Shown here: positions 27,201 through 33,542 of the stretch, one piece after another
How positions within the stretch are numbered: position 1 is the first letter of the stretch
Layout of the letters: each line of letters opens with the position of its first letter
From: an uncultured bacterium
GTDB lineage: Bacteria; Fidelibacterota; Marinisomatia; Marinisomatales; UBA1611
Assembly: GCA_964478995.1 (NCBI GenBank)
Contig: CAYZJY010000003.1
Coordinates: 1 to 47,538, forward strand
Direction of reading: 5' to 3'
DNA: 47,538 nt
Made by a program: the position numbers and the translations under genes
Notes under the pieces: generated by a model
What the model was told of the DNA's origin: nothing
Seen by the model: the letters and a program-made list of their open reading frames with translations, nothing else
Databases searched by the model: none

Positions 27201-27841
27201 CTGACATGGAGTCCTTTAGAAACTACCAAATGCCTGGCGTTGGAGGCCCAGCAAAAATGATAGCTGTATTCTGGGATGATCTTAAACTTTCAAATGGGGG
27301 AAGAGTATACACTTGGCATGATGAGGTAGGAAAAAAATTCTACGTTGAATGGTCTGGCGTTAGAACCTATCAAAATAATTCTGTTGAAACATTCCAGGCT
27401 GTACTCTATGACCCAAGTTATTATGTAACACCAACTGGGGATGGAGAGATCCTTCTCCAGTATGAGACATTCAATAATACATCCTATGGCTCTTATAGTT
27501 GGGATCAGATCCATGGAAACTATTGTTCTGTTGGTATCGAAGATCATACCATGACCAAAGGTTTGCAGTATACATTCAATGATACTTACCACCCTGCAGC
27601 AATGGAACTTGATGATGAGAAGGCTCTATTGATAACAACCAGAGGGTCTGAGATGCGCCTAGAGGGTGACCTTAATTATGATGAAAAGGTTGACATTTAT
27701 GATCTCATGCTCTTGGTCGATTTTAATTTGGGCTATGAGGGGCAGGTCAATCCATATTTTGGTGACATCAATAGCGATGGCATGGTCAATGTGATGGATC
27801 TGATAGCACTGATCCAGATGATCATGGGCTATGGAGAATAG
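24251..27841 (+). CDS. gingipain-like C25-family protein (1196 aa) with propeptide-like N-domain, Ig/CARDB-like spacers, the shared module and a C-terminal dockerin-like double repeat; no T9SS CTD
   Basis: The C25 core aligns by eye with RgpB: ILYVLP..WKKRVGYDVQYV, VTIVGD, EVFIGRISFSS, FFNYRGYYG, LPVATVITCGTGSF, SVACIGTA. The C-terminus is GDLNYDEKVDIYDLMLLVD...GDINSDGMVNVMDLIALIQ. Confidence 0.75.
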   Translation: MTKIRDWLWIIAVLGNLIASQVNTEVTHGGFGITSMENRLSFTNPGYEIKQMEQDGVPYIRPEMVGAGSRSEPGQPDLPTISTYYAVEPGRSFTVQASIQEFEIIEDVEVLPFDTWDSEPTGVFSKGNAYGQTTPFPENIATVSQPMVFRDIAMVQVSLTPFQYDPVSKTLTIIQSVELELVETGSVEMPFIPEKRSREFEKLYESLLVNYSTLERDDEDYQRPAILYVLPNNIGNLLGTVEELMDWKKRVGYDVQYVSSSNVVNNKNNLKDYIEEAYETWDNPPVHVTIVGDATGSYDIPTWTESYSGYNGEGDHPYTTLEGGDVYPEVFIGRISFSSSSHLNTIISKTLNYESNPYMNENWFQRACLVGDPNTSGISCVITNESINEMLDLADFEEVNTIYSGSFPSQMVAGLNDGVSFFNYRGYYGVSGFGSSNVNSTSNGFMLPVATVITCGTGSFASGSGESLIESFIRAGTSSNPKGSVACIGTATLGTHTMFNNIVDMGFYYAALIEGMDTPGAALMYGKMMLYRNYPSNPNNYCHIFTHWNNLMGESSLQMWTAYPEMTTVTHPFSITKGQNYIDITVDKDNGPVNDAWVTILMGDEIFESGHTNSQGFIRLPITSVETGEVLVTVTKKNHYPYQNSFQINDPGVAIGVAESPYTIDDDDSGDSNGNSNFIANGGETLEIYVTAKNYGSEDATNVMGHLMSSNANVVIDSIGNISEFGDIASGETASGSVPFVVTLSEGLPDGTDLELLVSFTDEEGNSFGGILDIVSEGNELSATSVDVLGSASDILSPGESSHVKIELDNSGATNAVSISGTITCASPFIEIIDDFGSWTIVSSGGSSFNGDDHFEISALEETIPGAVAHLIVSVETEDGYVSNSIVEVQIGEPTVNDPVGPDSHGYYIYDNEDIDYLLAPTYDWVEIDDREGGPGNHLSSLSDNGNNQDDVETVDIPFTFKFYGQEYDEISISSNGWIAMGQTDMESFRNYQMPGVGGPAKMIAVFWDDLKLSNGGRVYTWHDEVGKKFYVEWSGVRTYQNNSVETFQAVLYDPSYYVTPTGDGEILLQYETFNNTSYGSYSWDQIHGNYCSVGIEDHTMTKGLQYTFNDTYHPAAMELDDEKALLITTRGSEMRLEGDLNYDEKVDIYDLMLLVDFNLGYEGQVNPYFGDINSDGMVNVMDLIALIQMIMGYGE
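26956..27580 (+). other. shared ~185-210-aa module, copy 2 (in C25 protein 1)
   Basis: The sequence DSHGYYIYDNEDID..YDWVEIDD..VDIPFTFKFYGQEYDEISISSNGWIAMG..VFWDDL..FQAVLYD..YCSVGIEDHTMTKGLQYTFN is homologous to the copies at 6905-7455 and 41021-41638. Confidence 0.7.
27664..27838 (+). other. dockerin-like tandem calcium-binding repeats at the C-terminus of C25 protein 1
   Basis: Two segments, GDLNYDEKVDIYDLMLLV and GDINSDGMVNVMDLIALI, are separated by about 15 aa. They match the type I dockerin pattern GDxNxDGxxxxxDxxxL. Confidence 0.65.
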
Positions 27842-27864
27842 GACCAATATCCATCTAAAATGCA

Positions 27865-29046
27865 ATGTTAGTCACCCCCATCATTGTACTGGGTACTCTT
27901 GCGTTATTACTTTGTTTCGCAGGGATCCTTGAATTTCAGAATCATCAGTCATCACTGAATGCAATACCATTAAGAATCCACGTTAATGGTACAAGAGGAA
28001 AATCAAGTGTAACACGGCTGATCGCTGCCGGACTGCGTGAGGGTGGTCTCAGAACATTTGCAAAAACGACAGGCACTGCTCCAAGAGTCATTGATGCTGA
28101 AGGAAAGGACAGGATCATCCACAGACTCCGGTTACCTTCCATTGGTGAGCAAGTACGTTTATTGAATTATTTTTCATCAGAACGTCCCGATGCTGTGGTC
28201 ATGGAATGCATGGCCGTCCAGCCACAGTATCAATGGATCGCTGAACACCAGATGGTAAGATCTCAGATAGGGGTTATAACCAATGTTCGACCAGATCATC
28301 TAGAGGAGATGGGCCCAACAGAGGATGATGTTGCAAACTCATTGTGTAACACGATCCCTGTTGATGGGGTCCTCATAACAGGCGAAGATCAAAAAACAGA
28401 TCTCATGAAAGATATAACCAAGGCAAATCAGTCCAAGTTCATTCGTTCGGATGAATCATCGGTCACGCAAGAAGAATTAGATAAATTTAATTACATGGAG
28501 CATCCTTCGAATGTTGCAGTCGCATTGGATGCATGTAGGGAGGCTGGTGTAGATCGTGACATTGCACTTTCAGGCATGCACAAGGTCCAACCAGATCTTG
28601 GTGCATTGATTGCGTGGAATCTTGATGTAGGGGACAAGAGGATCCAGTTTGTAAATGGCATGGCCGCAAATGACCCCGTTTCTACCCTACAAATATGGAA
28701 ATTCGTCATAGATAGATATCCTGCCGAGGGTGGTACATGTGTCTTCTTCAATTCAAGGGATGATAGACCATCAAGAACTCGCCAAATGATCGAACTATCG
28801 CTCAAAGAGATAAAACCAGATCACTTTATTGTTAGGGGTGACAAAGTTAGGAGCACGATCCAGAGACAAATACATCATTCTCCCCGATCAAAGGTCAATG
28901 TTGTTGGTCTTGATGATCCGCTGGATGATCTAATTTCAATGATCGAAGCATTGCCTCATGATACCTTGATCTATGCAATAGGAAATCAGGTGGGTGCAGG
29001 TCAACAAATATTGGAATTGATCTCAACATTTAGGCATAATGGTTGA
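27865..29046 (+). CDS. pgsB: poly-gamma-glutamate synthase PgsB/CapB (Mur-ligase-like amide ligase)
   Basis: This 393-aa protein matches B. subtilis PgsB (recalled) block by block:
- NGTRGKSSVTRL vs NGIRGKSTVTRL
- ECMAVQPQYQ vs ECMAVNPDYQ
- GVITNVRPDHLEEMGPT vs GVIVNVLEDHMDVMGPT
- FVNGMAANDPVSTLQIWK vs FVNGFAANDASSTLNIWK. Confidence 0.9.
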   Translation: MLVTPIIVLGTLALLLCFAGILEFQNHQSSLNAIPLRIHVNGTRGKSSVTRLIAAGLREGGLRTFAKTTGTAPRVIDAEGKDRIIHRLRLPSIGEQVRLLNYFSSERPDAVVMECMAVQPQYQWIAEHQMVRSQIGVITNVRPDHLEEMGPTEDDVANSLCNTIPVDGVLITGEDQKTDLMKDITKANQSKFIRSDESSVTQEELDKFNYMEHPSNVAVALDACREAGVDRDIALSGMHKVQPDLGALIAWNLDVGDKRIQFVNGMAANDPVSTLQIWKFVIDRYPAEGGTCVFFNSRDDRPSRTRQMIELSLKEIKPDHFIVRGDKVRSTIQRQIHHSPRSKVNVVGLDDPLDDLISMIEALPHDTLIYAIGNQVGAGQQILELISTFRHNG

Positions 29047-29482
29047 GATAAGCATAGGTCTAGGTATCTTTCTTAGCCTAGTGTTGTCAGAGACACTTGG
29101 CGTCACTGCGGGAGGTATCATTGTCCCTGGATACATAGCGTTATTCCTTCATGAACCGCTACAGGTCTTAGTAACATTTTTTGTGGCCATCATTGTATGG
29201 GCGATCATACAGGGTATGGGAAAAGTGATGTTCTTGTATGGAAAAAGAAGGATCGTTTTGGCATTGATACTTGGTTTTTTCTTCGGATATATATCTAGGA
29301 ACTTTATTTATTTGCCACAGGACATTGGCTCAATAGAGGTCATTGGTAATATTATTCCTGGCCTTATAGCAAATTGGATGGATAGGCAGGGAATTGTCCG
29401 TACCCTATCCGTAGTGATCCTTACTGCTGTGATGGTGAAATTGTCTGTCATATTGTTATTTGGAGGAGTCCTTTTTGAATAA
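29039..29482 (+). CDS. pgsC: poly-gamma-glutamate synthesis membrane protein PgsC/CapC
   Basis: This 147-aa polytopic protein matches B. subtilis PgsC in three blocks:
- GGIIVPGYIALFLHEP vs AGLVVPGYLGLVFNQP
- YGKRRIVLALILG vs YGRRKFAAMLITG
- IIPGLIANWMDRQG vs IVPGLIANTIQKQG

It overlaps pgsB by 8 nt. Confidence 0.85.
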   Translation: MVEISIGLGIFLSLVLSETLGVTAGGIIVPGYIALFLHEPLQVLVTFFVAIIVWAIIQGMGKVMFLYGKRRIVLALILGFFFGYISRNFIYLPQDIGSIEVIGNIIPGLIANWMDRQGIVRTLSVVILTAVMVKLSVILLFGGVLFE

Positions 29483-30626
29483 CTACAAGAAACAGCCTTT
29501 CATACCTGCTATTCAAAAGACATCCACACTGGTCATGCTAGCTCTATTGGCGCTTACCTGTTTTCTAATTGCCATTAATGTTAGGACAATCGATGTATCT
29601 CCTTCATATGACCATAAGATAAAAGCAGCAAGACTGATGGAAGAGGCAATGGGTGTCCTTAAAGATCATAGAATGGAGGCAAGTGTTTTCATTGATATTG
29701 AGAATGATCCAAATGAGACAGGTCTTGTTGGTAGTCCCTTTAGTCTCATCACAACTGATGAGGGAGATCTAGATTCAAAATTAACGACCCTTGACCCAAA
29801 TTTTTCTGCAGTCATGGTGGATCTGATGTATCAGTTAGATTTACAGGCAGGTGATACTATTGCTGTTTTAATGACCGGGTCGATGCCAGGGGCGAACATT
29901 GCCGTCTTGACCGCGTGCAAGGCCTTGGATCTTATTCCCATAACGATCGCAAGCATTGGTGCATCACAATGGGGAGCAAATCAAGTAGATTTTACGTGGC
30001 TGGACATGGAGGATATACTTTTTAGGAATGAACTCATTCCTATGAGGAGTGTGGCGGCTTCCATAGGTGGTAGAAATGACATGGGGCGTTTACTATCTCC
30101 AGCTGGGAGGAAGATCATCACTGATAACATCAGTCTGCATGACCTGCCACTCATCAGGGAAGAGAGACTGGCTGATAATATTCAAAATAGAATGGATGTC
30201 TATTCATCATTGAGGTCCATTCCATCCTATGCTGCAGTTATCAATGTGGGAGGGGGTGTCGCAAGTTTGGGAACAAGTTTTAACCTTAAACTTCTTCCAC
30301 CTGGAGTTGTCAGGAGGTCAGGTATTCAAAATATTGGACGCCCTGGTGGAATAGAAGGTGTATTTTCAAAGTTTCTTAATTATGATGTTCCTGGGCTACA
30401 CATTCTTAATATTAGACCCCTTGTAGCGGAGTTTAAGATACCATTTGCGCCTATTCCAATTCCTGACATAGGAATTGGAGGCTTGTATGCGGATGAACGT
30501 TATAATGTTTGGATCGCTGGACTTTGTCTCTTCATAGTAGGGAGCAGCGTAATAGCCGTTGGCATTCACAGTAAAAGAAAAATAAAAGATCATTTGATAA
30601 AACATGAGCCAGATAGCCTATTATAG
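29460..30626 (+). CDS. PGA-locus accessory membrane protein, not CapA/PgsA-like (possibly the 'poly-gamma-glutamate system protein' family)
   Basis: The 388-aa ORF has a TTG start in the track, and the true start may be downstream. It has an N-terminal TM (LVMLALLALTCFLIAINV) and a C-terminal TM (IAGLCLFIVGSSVIAVGI) flanking a soluble domain of about 300 aa. None of the CapA metallophosphatase motifs I recall from B. subtilis PgsA (GDIMMGR, NNH, GHHPH) are present. It overlaps pgsC by 23 nt. Confidence 0.5.
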   Translation: MEESFLNNYKKQPFIPAIQKTSTLVMLALLALTCFLIAINVRTIDVSPSYDHKIKAARLMEEAMGVLKDHRMEASVFIDIENDPNETGLVGSPFSLITTDEGDLDSKLTTLDPNFSAVMVDLMYQLDLQAGDTIAVLMTGSMPGANIAVLTACKALDLIPITIASIGASQWGANQVDFTWLDMEDILFRNELIPMRSVAASIGGRNDMGRLLSPAGRKIITDNISLHDLPLIREERLADNIQNRMDVYSSLRSIPSYAAVINVGGGVASLGTSFNLKLLPPGVVRRSGIQNIGRPGGIEGVFSKFLNYDVPGLHILNIRPLVAEFKIPFAPIPIPDIGIGGLYADERYNVWIAGLCLFIVGSSVIAVGIHSKRKIKDHLIKHEPDSLL

Positions 30627-31482
30627 AAGAATAATATTTATACTTCTCTTCATGTCTTCATGGTCCCTGGAGGCAAAACTCCTTAGACCATCGAAAAACA
30701 GTGAAGAAAAAGAAATATTGATCGTCAATGGGAAGAGGAGATTATATTACCCAATTCGTGGAGAAGGAATTCATTATGCTATGGAGGGACCTTCCCGCAT
30801 TGAATTCATATCTAGGTATCCTGTGTTAAGTAAGAAGAAGAATAGTCATTCGTTTCAGTATTCCATTATCATAGATGGAAAAGACACTGTAAGTGTAAAA
30901 CATCGTTACAAGGTTCAAAGATCCATCAGATCCATACAGCACCCAAAGCATCATTATACATATTCAGGAAATTATTTCATCAATTTGGACAAGGGGTCAC
31001 ACACTATCGAACTTTTATCTGATGACCGTCAAAAATATCCGGTGCTCATGCGGGTTGTTTCCAAGGAATTTGAGTCGATGGGGAAGAATAAAAAGGTCTT
31101 GCAGCCCATGGTACATAAAAATTCCGTTGAATTGGTCACGGAAGGAAGGTCCATCAACTATTTTGATTGTGTTCCTGGTCTGCCACTCCAGTTAGAGGCA
31201 AGAGGTGAGAAGAAGTTAAGGATATTGACTCGTCTGCAATTCTCAGACTCAATGGGGCAAGAAGAATCTTATCGTCTGAGAGTGAGTGAGGGTGAAAAGG
31301 TCATGGGTACATATTATTTTAATACAGAAAGATCATCTGCATCTCAGATCAAGGGTAGAATGGACAAGGTTCCAGGAAAATGGAGATCATGTGAGATCAA
31401 TGTGCCCAAAGGAAAACATCGTTATGACATTGAAGTTTTAGATAGGGATAAGGTCGTACTTACTCGTTTTATACTTTACTGA
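30604..31482 (+). CDS. secreted, strongly basic protein built from two tandem ~120-aa domains; unknown function
   Basis: The signal peptide is IIFILLFMSSWSLEA. By hand count there are roughly 50 K+R against roughly 30 D+E. The halves aa ~38-155 and ~175-290 share the pattern ..Y..i.G.g......G...l.i..R.........Y.l.i..G.......Y........G....i.l.KG.H.iel......v..R. Confidence 0.5.
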   Translation: MSQIAYYRRIIFILLFMSSWSLEAKLLRPSKNSEEKEILIVNGKRRLYYPIRGEGIHYAMEGPSRIEFISRYPVLSKKKNSHSFQYSIIIDGKDTVSVKHRYKVQRSIRSIQHPKHHYTYSGNYFINLDKGSHTIELLSDDRQKYPVLMRVVSKEFESMGKNKKVLQPMVHKNSVELVTEGRSINYFDCVPGLPLQLEARGEKKLRILTRLQFSDSMGQEESYRLRVSEGEKVMGTYYFNTERSSASQIKGRMDKVPGKWRSCEINVPKGKHRYDIEVLDRDKVVLTRFILY

Positions 31483-32513
31483 TGCGCTATTACATAAAGA
31501 TCATATTCACTAGCATTATAATTTCATGCCTAAATGGAGGTACTCCCATTGAGTATGGTATTACTTTCACCGGTGGATACGATAACAATGTCATGCGTTT
31601 TTCAAAGGATGAATACCAAGAAGCTTCCTATGACATGGCATTGATGGGTGGGGCAAAGACCTTTGATAGTTTTGTCACAAGATTTCGCTTCTCAGCCAAT
31701 AAATCATTGATCATCAATAATTCAAGGTCAGTCAAAATGAGTACATTCTATGCAACATCAGACTACAGAGATACGCCTGACAAGAAATATTGGTCAGGAG
31801 GAATTGACGCAACCTATAGATGGGGATCATATAAAAATATAAAATACACATTACGCCATCTTGACAAATTTTATCTCCGTCATTATGTTGATAGGGACAT
31901 AAGTATGAATGCCTTGGCCTCATGCAAGTTCACTGATAGGAATCAAGCCATTACCTTGACCCATAGATTATCAAGGTATTCATGGATAAATATTGGTTCA
32001 GGATATCTTCAGAGGTATTACTCAAAACCATTTACGGAGTTTGACCTCGACATTGTCTATTTAAAGGGCAAAATAAATTACAGGTTAAAGAACATTGGTT
32101 CTGTTGCACTCCAGATCGATCGAGGACGAGCCAATAATATTTCATACGCACCACTGTTGCGTCCAAGTAGTTTTGATCGTTCTTATCAGACCATCGAATG
32201 GTTTCTACCATTCAAGATCAATAAAAAATTAATTTTTATTAGTGAAATAGGTGTATCGGCTCGATTGGAGGTAAGAAAGTATGATGCTGAAGACCCCAAT
32301 GATCCCTTGCATTCTGGTCGTAGTCACTTAGACTCGAAATATGATCTATGGGTTAAAAAGAAAATGAGTGAAAATGTTAGTCTAACTTTTTCATCAAGAT
32401 ATAGGACACGTGTCACAGATTCAGAGTTTGCATGGGTCAATGATCTTAAAAGTTTTAAACAAATTCAACTTTGGTTTAATATTGAGTGGGACTTGATCTA
32501 TGATAAATATTAA
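31482..32513 (+). CDS. predicted outer-membrane beta-barrel protein; unknown family
   Basis: The signal/lipobox-like N-terminus is IIFTSIIISC. The whole sequence shows alternating aromatic/polar dyads (YGITFTGGYDNN, IDATYRWGSY, WINIGSGYLQRYY, VSLTFSSRYRTRV, IQLWFNIEWDLIY) and ends in an aromatic residue. Its ATG shares one nt with the upstream TGA (TGATG). Confidence 0.45.
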   Translation: MRYYIKIIFTSIIISCLNGGTPIEYGITFTGGYDNNVMRFSKDEYQEASYDMALMGGAKTFDSFVTRFRFSANKSLIINNSRSVKMSTFYATSDYRDTPDKKYWSGGIDATYRWGSYKNIKYTLRHLDKFYLRHYVDRDISMNALASCKFTDRNQAITLTHRLSRYSWINIGSGYLQRYYSKPFTEFDLDIVYLKGKINYRLKNIGSVALQIDRGRANNISYAPLLRPSSFDRSYQTIEWFLPFKINKKLIFISEIGVSARLEVRKYDAEDPNDPLHSGRSHLDSKYDLWVKKKMSENVSLTFSSRYRTRVTDSEFAWVNDLKSFKQIQLWFNIEWDLIYDKY

Positions 32514-33510
32514 AATTCAAACATCAATGGTCTTTTTTTCTCTGATGCTATTTAGTTGCATCCAGCCAGACCAGGAGAACCTCTGGTCTACATCAGTTGA
32601 AAAGACGATCAATACGAGTGGATTTTCTCGTGATGTACACATGCAAGGGGATACCGCCTTTATTGCTGCAGGACAATCAGGACTGCAGGTATGGAACATT
32701 GATTCTGAAATAATGATAGATCAATACGAGGCATTTGGCTCGGCTGACCTTGAGGATGTGGGCCGTGTATATTACGACCATTTGAATTCATTGGTCTTCA
32801 TCATGGATCAATCCAAGATCATGTTTGATGAATATGATAGTACTCTATTCGATGCTCCGACTCCAATTGGCGATAGCCACAATGAGGACTTCATTATTTT
32901 GTCAGACACATTGGATACGTTTTATATTTACTTTGTAGACCGAGATGAAGGTGATGGGTTCAAGTGGGCCCAATATGATTTTGAGGAAGTACCTTTTATT
33001 GGTGAAATATGGCAGATGCAAAGTGATGGGCAAATTCGTCCATCATCACCCATGAAAGGATTGTCCCATAGCGGTGCTCATATCGCTGTTGCGGGTGACC
33101 AATTGGGTGTTTACTTATATACCATTAGTTCAATCGGCTCAACCCCAGAATTGGTTTCAATGATCGACACTGAAGGTAATGCCGAGAATGTAAATATCGT
33201 TGATGATGGAGTATTTGTATCTTGCGATGATGCAGGAGCTTATTTCATACCGATCGGGAGTTTCTCAGGTGATGGTTCTTCCTATCGTTTTGCCGAGGAT
33301 CTTACGGTCGACCATATTGCCGTGAAGGATGATATTGCATCTCTATCACTAGGCTCAAAGGGTATTGCATTGTATGACATATCAGACCCGACCCGGCCTG
33401 AGGAGAGAGGGATCTTCCCTATTGGTTATACCTATAGGACAGTTTTTTGGAAAGATAGACTGCTGGCATGCACCCGCGAGGGAATGCATGTGATCAAAGT
33501 AGAAAAATAA
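32500..33510 (+). CDS. LVIVD-repeat-like beta-propeller lipoprotein
   Basis: The lipobox is LMLFSC. Repeated units resemble LVIVD repeats: DTAFIAAGQSGLQVWNI, AHIAVAGDQLGVYLYTI, GVFVSCDDAGAYFIPI, IASLSLGSKGIALYDISDPTRPEERG, RLLACTREGMHVIKV. It overlaps the upstream gene by 14 nt. Confidence 0.5.
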   Translation: MINIKIQTSMVFFSLMLFSCIQPDQENLWSTSVEKTINTSGFSRDVHMQGDTAFIAAGQSGLQVWNIDSEIMIDQYEAFGSADLEDVGRVYYDHLNSLVFIMDQSKIMFDEYDSTLFDAPTPIGDSHNEDFIILSDTLDTFYIYFVDRDEGDGFKWAQYDFEEVPFIGEIWQMQSDGQIRPSSPMKGLSHSGAHIAVAGDQLGVYLYTISSIGSTPELVSMIDTEGNAENVNIVDDGVFVSCDDAGAYFIPIGSFSGDGSSYRFAEDLTVDHIAVKDDIASLSLGSKGIALYDISDPTRPEERGIFPIGYTYRTVFWKDRLLACTREGMHVIKVEK

Positions 33511-33542
33511 TCAATTATAATAAAAATCAAGGATAGAATAAA

